From NCBI GenBank assembly GCA_028534125.1, contig CM052818.1, forward strand, positions 27,406,001 through 27,470,000: a stretch of DNA of 64,000 bases, read 5' to 3'. Below, piece by piece: positions 49,280-62,149 of this stretch. A program made the translations under genes and the position numbers. This DNA comes from Lama glama. Taxonomy: Eukaryota. The notes beneath the pieces are model-generated. The model saw only the letters and a program-made list of their open reading frames with translations, made no database searches and was not told the origin of the DNA. Numbering within the stretch: position 1 is the stretch's first letter; the number at the start of each line of letters is the position of its first letter.

Positions 49280-50110
49280 CCATCGTTCTCAACCATTTCA
49301 GATCCCAGTGTTCTTTTCAATAACAAATAATTTTGTAAGGCCCTCTTTATTTTCTTTGTGGGTAAATTATAGATAACCTGAATATATACATAACTTAAAA
49401 AACCAATATAATTCTATAACTAAAATATAAGGCATAATCAAAAGAAAATATAATGCAATGTATTTTAATATGTAAGTGCATAGACACAATCACATTAGAA
49501 GACACAGTAAAACAGACATACGCTTGCATTGATACACAGCACCCCCCCCATGAATTTACCTAAATGGAGATTGATACAGGTACGTTATGTTGGTGACTTA
49601 AATTCTAGGGATAGCATTGTTTTGAGTAACTTTTTTCTAAAATGGCTAAGAGCTGTTGGCAAAGTTCTGAACTCATAAGAGAACAATCTTCTATTTAATT
49701 GATGGTTGCTTTCCTAAAAAACTCAATGTATATTAAAATTGAAAAAATGCTTTTATGTTTTACATATATTCACATATGTTTATATGTAAAACAGACTTAG
49801 GTTCCAGGATGAGATCATTATAAACAATTCTTTTTAGCAACATGAAAAATCCAATAAGACATTAAAAAATGATGTAAGACACAAGACAGTTCTTTGTTTA
49901 AGGGATTGGTCCCTGAAGTGTAGGAGGCATATCATCTCCAGGCCCTGCCTACTAAATGCCAGGAGCAACACACTTCTACAATCATTGTAACCACACCCAC
50001 ACACACACACACACACAAATCCCCATAAATACTGAAAAACTGACACTTGGTTCCCACCCCAGAGAGTCTGTTTAATTGACTTAATGTGCAGTCAGGGTTA
50101 AATCATTGGT
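49280..50110. mobile_element. Probable hAT-Charlie DNA transposon remnant
   Basis: Starts with a GTTCTCAACC TIR-like motif. AT-rich interior. GGCCCTGCCTACTAAATGCCAG...AATCATTGTAAC segment typical of Charlie/MER ends. Confidence 0.45.
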
Positions 50111-50184
50111 ATGGACAAAGCCCAATTAAAGGCTAGGAGAGATCTGCCTGTGCTGAAGGACAGACACTATTTTACAAAAAAGCC

Positions 50185-50250
50185 ACCAAGAATGGTTGCC
50201 TAGGTTGTGCACTGCACAGCTCTAAAGGGCACACAGTCACAAAGACTATG
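50185..50250. mobile_element. MER91-like fragment
   Basis: Quasi-palindrome AGGTTGTGCACTGCACAGCTC typical of MER91. Confidence 0.5.
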
Positions 50251-50739
50251 AGGCATTTCTCATCAATCCACTAGAAACCATAAACTTGCTGGCTGGCTCA
50301 GGTAGTATCACATGTGAAAATATTATAAACATGTTTTAGGTAACATGGAATTTTTCTTTAAACAACTTTAATTGAGTAGTATTTTAAATTATTTGGAATG
50401 TACCTTTTTTCATAAGTCTATAAGATTTTATTGCATATGTTAAAGATTTATCACATTTATTAAAGATATTTTAAAAATTATAAGTCCCACATACCCACAA
50501 ATTCAAACCCCACATATCATCTTTTGCCTTTTTCCAAGACACCCTATTCTATCAGAAATCATAATAAAACAAATCCTGTGGTACTCAGAAGATTTTGGCA
50601 AGGAACCAATGAATTAGAAAGAGAGTAGAATTTCAGATATTCTTAGAAACCTAATGTGCAAATTACCATGTTACGACAATCATATATAGGAAAACACTTC
50701 GTAGAGAAAAAAAGGGGTTGCTTATTTTATATTACAAAG

Positions 50740-51107
50740 TGCTATGGGTGAATGTTTGAGTTCGATCCCTCCCCTATTCATATCTTGAAGCCCTAACTTC
50801 CAATGCGATAGTGTTTGGAGATGAGGCCTTTGGGAGGTCATTAGGTTTAGATAAGGTCATGAGAGTGGGGCCCTAAATATGGGCTTGGTCACTTTATAAG
50901 AAGAGGACGAGAGACCAGAGCTCTTTCTCTCTGCCATGTGGAGTCACAGTGAGAAGGTGGATGTCTGCAAGCTCAGGAGAGAGCCCTCACCAAGACTCAA
51001 ATCTGCTAGCACCTGGATCTTGGACATTCCAGCCTATGGAACTGTGAGAAAAAGAAAAAAAAAAACTGTTGTTTAAGCCAGCCGGTCTGTGGTATTTTAT
51101 TATGGCA
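50740..51107 (+). mobile_element. MaLR solo LTR (MLT1A/B-like)
   Basis: TGCTATGGGTGAATGTTTG...GAAGCCCTAAC...GGCCTTTGGGAGGTCATTAGG...CCAGCCTATGGAACTGTGAG...GTTTAAGCCA...TGTGGTATTTT. Confidence 0.85.
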
Positions 51108-51269
51108 CAAAGCAATTCTTTACTTTAGAAAATGAAACTCATATTTGCAAAAGGATTGATTTTATGCACCTTTATAAAGCAAGCTTCCTTAATAGAGTGA
51201 TATAGTGACTTGAGCATATAACATGTTTCTTGGGGCACACTTCTTGGGCATTCAAATGTTCTTTTGACA

Positions 51270-51900
51270 GTATTCATTTCATTTCTACAATGTGCCCCTC
51301 ACTATGCTAGGATCTAAATATTTCATTTAAGATGAGACTCCATCTCTACCCACAAACAGCTTTTGGTTTGTGAAGAAGATGTATAAACTGACAAGTCAAA
51401 CACAACATCATAAGTGGTGAAATTAAGAGCTGTGGACAAAGTATGCAAAGGAGAGTACAGGTAACTCAGCCTAGAGGAGGTAGAAAGGGTCTTACTGAAG
51501 GTATGTCAATAACTGGATTGAGTCTTAAAAGACTAGTTGACATTTGCCTGCTGGCGATACAGGGAGAAGTATGATCAGCAGAGGAAATAGCAGGTGCAAC
51601 AGCACTGAGGCCAACAAATGAGTTGGCAGAAGTGTAAGCTGGGACTGAGAGACGCACAGTGATGAAGTTCAGAATATAGATTAGTTATAGCCTGTGGAGG
51701 GCTTTGAATTTCATGCTAAGAAGTTTGGACTTTATCCTGCAGAAAACTGTAAGTCTACCAGAGTTTTTAAGCAGAGGATAGTATCAATTTTGTTCCTTAA
51801 GAAAATAACTGGCTACTGTGTGGAAGATAGGCAGCAAGAGGGAAAGACAGATGGCACAGAGAACAATGTGGAGACCTGTGCTAATGGGTTCCATGCCTAG
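51270..51900 (-). mobile_element. L2 fragment
   Basis: TGAGTCTTAAAAGA...GGAGGGCTTTGAATTTCATGCTAAGAAGTTTGGACTTTATCCTG...TTTTAAGCAG. Confidence 0.7.
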
Positions 51901-52005
51901 AGGTTTTCATGTGTAGATTTCATGCAGTCAGATCACAAGTTGCTGCAGGCAGGAAGGAAAGTTAAAAAGGAAGCATGACGATGACTATCACAAGTAAACA
52001 CATCA

Positions 52006-52589
52006 ATGGAAACAACCTAAATGTCCATTGACAGATGACTGAATAAAGAAGCTGTGGTATACACAGACACACACACACACAATGGACTACTACTCAGCCA
52101 TAAAAAAGAATAAAATAATGCCATTTGTAGCAATATGGATGGACGTAGAGATTGTCATTCTAAGTGAGATAAGCCAGAAAGAGAAAGAAAAATACCATAT
52201 GATATGATTTACATATGGAATCTTAAAAAAAGACACAAATAAACTTTTTTACAAAACAGAAACAGACTCACAGACATAGAAAACAAACTTACAGTTACCC
52301 AGGGGGAAAGGAGGTGGGAAGGGATAAATTGGGAGAATGAGATTTTTCAGGTACTAATTACCGTATATGAAATAGATGAACAACAAGTTTCTTCTGTATA
52401 GCACAGGGACCCATATTCGATATCTTGTAATAACCTATAATGAAAAAGAATATGAAAAGGAATATAAGTATGTATATGTATGACTGAAACAGTATGCTGT
52501 ACACCAGAAACTGACACAGCATGGTAAACTGACTATACTTCAATTAAAAAACAGATAAAAAATTTAAAAAACAGGGAAAAAAACCCCCT
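52006..52589 (+). mobile_element. 5'-truncated, relatively young L1 (ORF2 C-terminus + 3' UTR + A tail)
   Basis: Encodes degraded WKQPKCPLTDD*IKKLWY...TMDYYSAIKKNKIMPFVAIWMDVEIVILSEISQKEKEKYHMI. Perfect 15-nt TSD CAAGTAAACACATCA at 51991-52005 and 52590-52604. Confidence 0.93.
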
Positions 52590-52831
52590 CAAGTAAACAC
52601 ATCAGAGATTGAGTTCAGCAAAGAGAATAAATGCAGAAAGCAGTACATAGGCACGGAGTCCAGTCCAGAGAGGCCAATGGAGGCTGGAATCAGGAACCTA
52701 ACCCAGTAGAAAAGAAAAAGAGACACGAATTAATGGAATAGTAATCCCAGCCAGAGGGTCTGGGAGAGAGATGAACAGGTTTTAGGCAAGAGGTCTGAGT
52801 TTTAAGAACAGCACCAGTTAGTAAACATGCC

Positions 52832-53020
52832 AGAGCTTCCGAAAATTTAGTGTGCATCAGAATCACCTGGACAACTGGTTACAATACGGATTCCTGGGCC
52901 CCACCTCGAGAAATTCTGATTCTGCACAGATCTGGAGTAAAGTAATAATCTGCATTTCTGCAGATACCCTGGGGGGTGCTCTTACTACTGGTCCATGGAC
53001 TAAATATTGAGTAACAAGGC
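52832..53020. mobile_element. MER5-family element
   Basis: GTGTGCATCAGAATCACCTGG...GGATTCCTGGGCCCCACC...ATTCTGATTC...ATCTGCATTTCT...CTGGTCCATGGAC. Confidence 0.8.
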
Positions 53021-54839
53021 CCTGAGGAGACTTCCAGCTCTAAAATTATCTGAATTGTTTTCAGGATTTAAAAACACCTGAACCTTCAGTGGCAGACCTT
53101 TAGTGATGAGACTGGGGAGAGGCGTGAGTGGGTGGAGGAAGGCCACTTCCCGACAGACCAAACGTGAGGTCTGAGAGGCACCACAGCAAAGTAGGCAGCT
53201 GTACGTGAAAACCAAGTCAGATTTGATCAAAAACATTTTTTTTTTTGGTTCCTCTTGTCTGCAGGCAGCTGCTTCAAAACGAGACTAATGGTTGTTTGAG
53301 GAAAAGTGAGAGAAAAGAGGCAGGCCTGAGCAAGCACGACACAGAGGCTGTCTCTTTGTAAACTGGATCAGTCAGGCTGGGAGCTAGGGGTTCTGCTGGC
53401 CCAGTCCTTCACCACTCCGGCAGCCCCATGCTGGGAACATATGGGCTTTTCTGGGCTGACTGAACTCACTTGTTCTGAACTCCCACCCCCAGCTTTTCTC
53501 AGGCCTTCTTAAAATGGGAATGAAGGGGATTTTTGCACTATTTAAAAGTGGGGGGAAAAAAGGTGCAGGTAATCAAATTTTTGAATTGATTAAATTATGG
53601 CGCATCTTTCAATATGACAGATTGAAGAGGCTTCCAGAAACTAGGCCAAATTTCCTGGAGAGTTGCCAGTAATCATAGGGCATGAATACATACATAAGCA
53701 AGATGCTAATGCTCAACAGTTTTTTTTTTTCTTTCCTGACTCGAGCTGTGAAGGTAACAGTAACACTGAAGCCATACCCAGTACAACCCAAGCAACAGAT
53801 GGCAATTTACTTGAATTGCAAGATGGATTTGAAATGAGAATTGATTAAAATTCTGGTGCCTATAGTAGATGAAAAGGAGTTGATTCATTTTCTAAGATCC
53901 TTCAAATATGGAAACCATTAATCAGTGAGTCGGCTGGTTTACCATTAGGTATTAGCACACACACACACAAGTGCCCCTAACCTTCCTACCTATGCACCAT
54001 AAATTCCTTGAGCTGAATAAACAAACATTCCATTTCTGCATCGTTGAGTAAACAGAAAAAGCGACCAGAGCAGCACCACTAGAACTGTGCGGGGAATGAA
54101 CTCGGTACTCCATGTGTATTTACTGAACAAGAGTGCACGAATGAATGAATGCCAAAGCAGAAGGTGGAGGTAACTGGCAGCCTGGTGCTGCACTGGGACT
54201 ACAAAGATGGAGGAAATGCTCACTGTCTGGCTACAGAGCTCCCAACTTAGAAAGCCGGAGATGTGGAAGGATAATAGAGGTAGCAGGGAGAGGAGAACTG
54301 GAAAGCCTAGATACACTGATCAGGAGGGGCCAGGAAGACCAGAAGGATCAGCACAGCAGAGACTTGAACGACTGGACTGATGAGAAACGCTCTAGCGAAG
54401 GAGCTCTTCGGACAAGAAATGGAGTACAATAGCATTGATATAAACAGGCTCTTGATCCTAACTATTTGGCCAGCAACTGTTACTAATCTCAGAAGCTGGA
54501 CTGTCTGGACTGGAGGTTTTGGAGTCTTGTCAACCTATCTTGAAGGCTCCTAGGGAAACAGGTGTCTGAAAGCTTGAAGTGAAGTGTTGGGGATCCCAAT
54601 TTATTCAAAAAGTGTTTATTGATTTCCTACCGTGTATGAATATTTTCCTTGGGATAAAAGTGAATAATATGAAATTCCTGTCCTCAAGCATCATACAGTC
54701 TACATCATATATATAATAATATATATGCTCAAAAATAATTATCTAATAGGACAAACTTTGATAAATGCCCAGAAGTATGAGAATGATTTAGAGAATTCAT
54801 CCAACCATCCACCCATCTACCTATTTATTCATTCATGTC

Positions 54840-56910
54840 TTAGAAAGTGTGCAATTCAGTACTTTTTAATATATTTATAAAATCGTGCAACCATTATCAC
54901 TATTGCGATTCCAGAATATTTTCATTATCCAAAAAAACCCTCTGTAACCATGAAGGGCAGTTGCTTTTCATCCCCTCACCTGCCTCCATCTCTCTAGCCC
55001 CTGACTACCACTAATCTATTTTCTGTCTCTACAGAGTTCCCTATTCTCAATTGATTCCCCAAAATAAACTGACCATAACGCGAGGTTTATTTCTGCACTC
55101 TGAAATATGTTCCAATGATGTTTATGCCCATCCTTTTCACAGCACCACACTGTCTTTATTACTGTAGATTTATAGTAAGTTTTGAAATCAGGAAATTTGA
55201 TTTGAATTCTTCAATTATGTTGCTCTTTTTCAGATTGTTCTTGCCTATTCTGGGTCTCTTGCATTTCCATATAAATTTTAGGATCAGCTTGTCGATTTCT
55301 GCAAAAAAGTCAGCTGGGATTTCATTTAATCTGTAAATCAGTTTGGGGAGTACTGGCATCTTAACAATATTAAGCTTTCCAATCCATGATCTTGAGATTT
55401 CTTTCTGTTTATTTAGATATTCTTTAATTTCTTTCAACAATATTTTGTATTTATTTTTTACTAAACTTATTCCTAGGTATTTTATTGTTCTTGACCCTAT
55501 TGTAAGTGGAATTTTTTTCCCTTTTTAAAAAATTTTAAAATTGATTTTATTTTTATACTGAAGTATAGTTGATTTACAATGTTTCAGGTGTATAGCAAAG
55601 TGATTCAATTATACATATATATATATATAATACATATATTCTTTTTCAGATTCTTTTCCATTACAGGTTATTACAAGATACTGAATATAGCTCCCTGGAA
55701 TTATTTTCTTAATTTCATTTTCAGATTATTTATTGCTACTGTATAAAAATACAGTTGACTTTTCTGTATTTCTCTTGTATCGTGCAACCTTGCTGAATTT
55801 GTTTATTAGTTCTAATAGTTTTTATGCGGATTCCTTAGGATTTTTCTATATACAAAATCATGACATTTGCAAATAGAGACACTTTTATTTCTTCCTTTCT
55901 GGTAGGCCTGTTAGTTCCTTCTCTTGCCTAGTGCCCTGATTAGAACCTCCAGTAGAATGTTTATGGATTCAGTTTTGAAAGTTTATGTCTTTCTAGGAAT
56001 TTGTTCATTTTATTTGGGTAATTTAATTTATTGAAATATAATTGTTTTTTGCATTGCTTTATAATGCTTTTCATTTCTGTAAGGTTGAAATTAAAACTTT
56101 CTTTCATTTCTGATTTTAGTGATTTAAATTTTCTTGCTTTTTTCTTGGCAGAGTCTAGATAAACATTTGTTAATTGTGTTGTCTTCTCAAGGAACCTAAT
56201 TTTAATTTTACTGATTTCCTCTATTGTTTTTCTGTTATTTATTTCATTCATTTCCACTTCAATCTCTATTACTTCCTTCTTTCTTTTTGCTTAATTTGCT
56301 CTTCTTTTTCTAGTTTCTTACGATGAAAGGCTGTTATTGATTTGAGCTATTTCTTCTTTTAAAATACAGACATATGCAGCTATAAAATACCCTCTAAGCA
56401 CTACTTTCATTACTTCTCATAATTTCACTATGTTGTATTTTCATTTTCATTCATCTCAATATATTTTCTATGTTTTTTGTGATTTCTTCTTCAGCTCATT
56501 CATTATTCAGTGGTGTGTTGTTTAATTTCTACATATTTGCTAATTTCCCCAATTTCCTCCTGTTATTGATTTCTAATTTCATTCCAGCATGGTCAAAGAA
56601 TGTACTTTGTAGTATTTCTCTTTTTGGGGATTTATGGAGGTTTACATTATGATCTAACATATGATCTATCCTGGAGAATGTCCCATGTCCACTTGAGGAA
56701 AGTATATTATTCTACTGTTGTTAGATGAAGTGTTCCATAGATGCTTGCTAGTTCTAGTTGGTTTACAGAATTATTCAAGTCTTCTGTTTCCTTGTTGATC
56801 TCTTGTCTTGTTGTTCTTTCCATTATTAGAAGTGAGACATTCTAACTATTCTTATTAAATTGTGTATTTTCTGCTCAAGCCTGTCAGGTTTTGTTCATGC
56901 ATTTTGGGGC
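54840..56910 (-). mobile_element. Old L1 (L1M class) with internal deletions: ORF2 fragments plus 3' end
   Basis: ORF-track peptides 55159-55440 (SWIGKLNIVKMPVLPKLIYRLNEIP...IDKLILKFIWK) and 55961-56257 (NEINNRKTIEEISKIK...FLERHKLSKL) are L1 ORF2-like. L1 3' end motifs at 54840-55050. Confidence 0.9.
55522..55695 (-). mobile_element. Younger L1 3' end nested in the old L1
   Basis: TGAAGTATAGTTGATTTACAATG...TTACAAGATACTGAATATAG resembles the 3' end of the 52-kb L1. Flanked by TGGAATTTTTTTC / TGGAATTATTTTC. Confidence 0.8.
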
Positions 56911-56996
56911 CCTGTGATTTGGGAATTTTAAGAGGCAAAGAATATCAGGAAATGCATGTTCTCCAGACACACATATATACACAGACCATGTGTGCA

Positions 56997-57039
<43 letters not shown>

Positions 57040-57041
57040 AC
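56997..57041 (+). repeat. Compound microsatellite (CT)n(CA)n
   Basis: Read directly from the sequence. Confidence 0.95.
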
Positions 57042-57399
57042 TCCTTTAAGCAACCTGTTTTTCTGCTTTCTGTGTCCCCTCAAGAAACATTTAGGAAAAT
57101 GTTAGTTAACAAGTTGCCAGGCAAGTACCAAGCAATTCAGTTTGAATTAGACAGGTTGGAGCAAAGAATCAGCGAGATAAGTGGATTGGAAGACAGAAAT
57201 ATACTCTCTTTCTATTACATGGAAAACTGGTTTGTAGCATCCATGAATAAAGGAGGGAAGTATTACCTCAATGGTCCAGAAAGCCGTAAGCCTGTTCGAA
57301 CTTGCGTGCTTTCAATCACCTTGGAACCTTGAGTATAATATTCTTAAAGAGGCCAGTGCATGCCCACATGGGAAGTATGAACACCTGTCCTCCAGGATC

Positions 57400-60300
57400 T
57401 GATATCCTCCAGGCAAACCAAGATTCTTTACCTGTCAAGGGCAGATGAATGTATGAGATTGACATGGCATATGAAAGATATGAACTTTGTCATAGGTACG
57501 TGTGTGTGTGTGTGTGTATATGTATACATATACATATATATATGTGTATATATATATACATATATACACACACACACATATATATATATATACACACACA
57601 CATATATATATATATATCTTTCATGACTTTATCTCAAAATATTAAAGATGTACCCCAAATTTCCTGGTAAAACATTCCAGGAATATATCTAAACTTTTCT
57701 TATATTAATTTATATATTTAATGAACTCTTGTGAAGTTGTATTTTTCTAAATTTATTCAGTTTCATTTTTCCCAACTTACCTTCTTGATTCAAATTGTGG
57801 CCCATAAGTTTACTGAAGTCTTTTCTATTAACATGGTTATCCTCAACTCAACTTTGGATAAATACTGAGTAGCTCTGAGTTCATATCACTGATCGTTAAT
57901 GTGAAAAGCACCAGGCAGAAGCTTTTATACATATTGTTTAAGAAGGGAACAGCGGACTCTTCCACTCAGAAAAGCTGGGCATAGGGTTTGTACCCTCTGA
58001 GGAAAGTTGAAGGATCCGAGAAAGACACACGGCCAGAAAAAAAGACCACGCCTTCCCTGGAACACTGTGTGTAAAGATAAGGAGAGACAACACCTCTGGG
58101 CTGGACCAAAACTCCCTTTAAGAAGTAGTTTTAGGTTCATTCCAGTTCATTGAAGTAAGATTTTCAAGACCCTAAAACTTTGGTCTCTAATCATGGCCAC
58201 AATAGTCTAGAAATATTTTCTAAGAGGTGTAACAAAATGCTCCAAATGGGACACAGAATACTTCTGTGGAACACCAATGGAATGTGTTACCTTGGCCATC
58301 TAAGCATTACCTACAAAATATACACCTACATACTTGGTTTAGGTTTTTAAGGTTAAGTCAGTGAATGTTGATGCTGTGAACCTCTTTCAAAAATGATGCC
58401 TGGGCTTTTGTTTGAGTATAAGTGCTTCATGTAGAAAGTAGGGTCAATCATTTATTAAGACCACTAAATGCATGACAGTAAAGCGAAACCATCTACATAT
58501 GTGAACATGCTTGTCTTTAATTATTTTATCAATTAATTAATCACTTTGAAAATGGGGAGTGCAGGAGTGCATGCACCCAGGTCATTTAAAGAAAACCTTG
58601 TTATGATATTGATTAAAAAGAAGGAAGGTCCTTGTTTTACCCTATTTAAAACTGTTATTTCTTCAAAAAGATTTTGCCAACAACCATATCCCTAACCACA
58701 TGATAAGATGCAGGTTCTATACTAGTTTTTAAAATCGGGAATCTTTATTGAGCTAATGTAGTATAGGCCATAACTGACTGATCGTAGAGTCAAAAGTACT
58801 CTGCAGGGCAAAACTGTATGTTGTTTTAAAGAGATTTGACCTTAAGGTGACACAGAACATAAAACTGTAGATAGTAGAGAAAGAAGTCTGCCCAAAGCTT
58901 GCTTGCTCTTTGGATTAAACGGGCTTGAAGTTCATCAAGAAGGAAACTAATGTATCTGGGGTTGAACAACCTATAAGGTAATAGGTTGGGAGAGGTATAT
59001 TCTAAGTCTGATTAGGTAGAGTCATTCCTGTAGAAATGACAAAGAGAAACATAATTGCCAATCATCAGGGTCCATCATTCAATTTTATGAAAGGAAATAT
59101 TCTGTGGATCCTCTTTGGACAAAGCTTTTTAAAAATGAACTGTAAAATATGATGAAGTGATACCAGGTCCCAGGTTAAAAAAAAATAGCCTGGGACCTGC
59201 AAAGTTTGGGGCTAATTAACCTTTGGTTTCTAAGTTGGGTAAATCTATTATTTGAAGTTTTACTAGAATTTGAGCTAATTTAAATCCTCATACCAAATTC
59301 TTTCCTTCAGTTATTATTTTTCAGAATTTTCCGTCATCTCTTCAGTGGCCAAATTCACTCATATTTATTATATCTGACATTTTTTCATCATCAAAATGGA
59401 GTTTTAAGAAGACTTACATTCGATAAATTCTTGATGGCTTCCCCCAATTTTTCTTTTGCATGTTCCCTGAAAAGAAGTTCCTGTCAATTCAAGCCATAAC
59501 AGTCCAAATCCAAAATATTCTGGACCCCACTTCAAAGATAATCTATGTACAAGGGGAGGGTAGAAAGTCCTTTCTTACAGCACCATGGAGGAGTTGTAAA
59601 AGACTCCTGGACAGCAACAGATCACCAGGGTAAGCTGAAATGTCCTCTTTCCATGATCACCTTCTCAGCCTCTTAACATCCATGGTTTAGTCAAGAATAT
59701 AGGTGGGCAACGGGAGAAGTCCACCCAGATGAGGTTTTAAAGGCAGAGTGGGAACCAATGGAAATGAACTCTGGCATGAACTCAGAAGACTCCAACTACT
59801 AAAGCCACTGCTCCTTTGAGACCCACTGGGTTGGATACTGTGCTTTGTTGCTCCCTTTCAGATGCCAGATTTGGACAAATCATTTTTCTTGCACATTGGA
59901 ATCACTATTCCTTTCTACTCTGTGACTTCTTCCCACTTCTGAAATAGTAAATATTAATTTTCTCTATGATTTAAGAATAAGTGGGTATGTGGGCAGAAAG
60001 TTGTGGTATTGGAATCAAAACCAACTAACAATTCAGTTTGTTTACAACTTATGGATATGTGGGAAGGAAACAAGGCTCCTTTTACAAATGCTCAATCCAG
60101 ACACATGAACATTCTTCATTGCTCTGGTTACTAAAGGCGTTCTGGAGACCACTAGGTGTCGCTCTGCACAGATCCCTACACTTGCAGATGCAAAGGTGAG
60201 AAAGAACTTGATTCCTTGGTAAAGCTCTTTCTCCTTGTCTTTAAGAGGCAGAGACAAGATTCCGCACATAATAAGCTTAATTCCCTCTTTCTCATCATGG

Positions 60301-60750
60301 AAGGTCCTTAATTTATCTTTTATTTGGATCTGAAATAAAACTTTCTTGAGTTCTCCCTCTACCCTCACCATGTCAATCTCTTTTTCTCTTGAGTTTAAAG
60401 CTAAGGAAAAGCTAATTTTTTGGAAGAAGAAATACATGTTAAAGGCTAAAGAACCACATGTTTTATGAGCATTGTAGAGGTCTTCCTTTGGTGGGGAATC
60501 GCATAGCCAATTATCTCCTCAGACCCTTTTGGGGAGAGCAAACTTTCAGAGAGGGGGCCACCTTTATGATGTGATTTGAAGTGAGGACAGCAAGCATTTC
60601 CCCTTCCTCAAATACCCACTTCATTAGTGAGTCCTTCTCGCCTGGAATGAAGTGTGCACCAGTGAAATCTTACCCCTGGATGTGGCACATTATGTAAGAA
60701 CAATGTCATTTAGATGTATATGTGTTCTATGGCACCCCTCATGAGCACAT
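57400..60750 (-). mobile_element. Ancient non-L1 LINE fossil, RTE-X/L4-like (APE + RT remnants)
   Basis: Hand translation of the minus strand gives RT motifs in the correct order: EQASF (58908-58894; EQAGF), STFDS...QLW (58800-58768; SAFDS...LW), VKQG (58640-58629), LNDL, FTYVDGFALLS (YVDG 58499-58488; YADD). The ORF at 60042-60437 lies where the APE domain is expected. Confidence 0.65.
57500..57617 (+). repeat. Compound microsatellite (TG)n/(TA)n/(CA)n
   Basis: About 118 nt of alternating purine-pyrimidine sequence. Confidence 0.95.
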
Positions 60751-61004
60751 TAACATTAACTTACCTCAGTATGTTAAGTTTTTAAAGTTACATTGTCTGT
60801 ATGTCCTGTTGAAAGACACAGAGAGTGTATATTTGAAGGTATATGTTTCAAGTAATAAAGAAAAAAGGAGGACCAATAGGTCTTGACTAAGACAATCAAA
60901 GGAAGCTTTGAACCATAGGAAATGTAGAGGCCATGTTGATCAGGGAGTGTAGAGGGACATTATCTATCCTTGTTTCAAAGCTACCTCTCTCTCTCCCTCT
61001 CTCT

Positions 61005-61415
61005 GTTTTTCTGGTTTATTATACAAGATACAACTCAGAGCAGCCAAATGGAAAAGATAAACAGGGTAAGATCCGGGGGGGGGGGTGTGCACAGAACTTC
61101 CATGCCCTCTCCAGGAGCTCCCTCTCCCAGCACCAACATGTGGTCACCAACCTGGAGCTCCTATGAACCCTGTCATTGAGAGTTTTTCTGGAAGTTTCAT
61201 TACACAGTCATGATTGATTATATCACTGGCCATTGATGGTTTACTCAACCTCCAAGCCCTCTTCCTTCCCCAAAGGTCCAGGGTAGGGTGAGGCTGAACG
61301 TTACAATCTTCTAATCAGACCTTAGTCTTTTGGGGGAACAGCCCCCATCCTGAAGCTATCCAGAGGTCCCTAGTCACATTGTTATTATACAAAAGACACT
61401 CACTCCATCACCCTG
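61005..61415. mobile_element. MER21-like LTR
   Basis: GGTTTATTATACAAGATACAACTCAG...CAGCCAAATGGAA...CTTCCATGCCCTCTCCAGG...TGATTGATTATATCACTGGCCATTG...CAGCCCCCATCCTGAAGCTATC. Confidence 0.7.
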
Positions 61416-61992
61416 ACCTATTTCTCCCTCTTTATTACTATCTTACGAACATCCCCTTTCTCTGATCTAATTTGGAAGATACAAAAAGTTTGGGCTATAT
61501 TTCATAAAGTAGTTGATAGAGCGCACAAGAAAAGCAGAGTAATATATGAATTGTCTACCATGCTCTGGGTGCATATTCTGTGCATTTTGAACATGAATTC
61601 ATTTAAATTATCTTTCTGTGGTAGAGTAGGAAAATAAAACACAAAGTTTTAGTAATTTTTCAAAGTTCCCATAGCTGGAATGAAGCAGAGCCAAGGCTAG
61701 AAGAGATTAGAACCTTTATCTGACCTTAAGGAGACAAACTGGATAAGCCTGCACAGGAGTTCAATGATACATGTATGAGGGCATTTCTTGCAGTATTGTT
61801 AAATGGAAAAACTAAAAACAACCTCAGAGTCTGTGAATAGGGTAGTGGTTGAAAACATTATGTACCTGTTATAAAGAATAACTTAATTTTGTAAGTACTT
61901 GAAGCAAAAAATTTCCAAGCTAGGTTATAAATTGAAATGGCAAGATGCAAAGGATTACATAGTATCATCCCATTCATTTTAAAAAGAGGAGG

Positions 61993-62039
61993 TATATGTG
62001 TGTGTGTATATATGTGTATATATATATACACACACACAG

Positions 62040-62074
<35 letters not shown>
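61993..62074 (+). repeat. Compound microsatellite (TG)n/(TA)n/(CA)n
   Basis: Read directly from the sequence. Confidence 0.95.
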
Positions 62075-62077
<3 letters not shown>

Positions 62078-62149
62078 TTACTCTCAGTGAAGGCAGACTT
62101 TTTCTTCTCTTTTGCCCACTGATACAATCTCATTGTCTAGAACATTGCC

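Noticed and set aside
55159..56257. ORFs resembling protein (93 and 98 aa)
   Set aside because: Fragments of decayed L1 ORF2.
56862..57332. 156-aa ORF
   Set aside because: Begins in L1 sequence and crosses a (CT)n(CA)n microsatellite (SLSL/HTHT).
60042..60437. 131-aa ATG ORF as a novel gene
   Set aside because: Better explained as the endonuclease region of the LINE fossil; catalytic motifs look degenerate and I see no promoter or exon structure.
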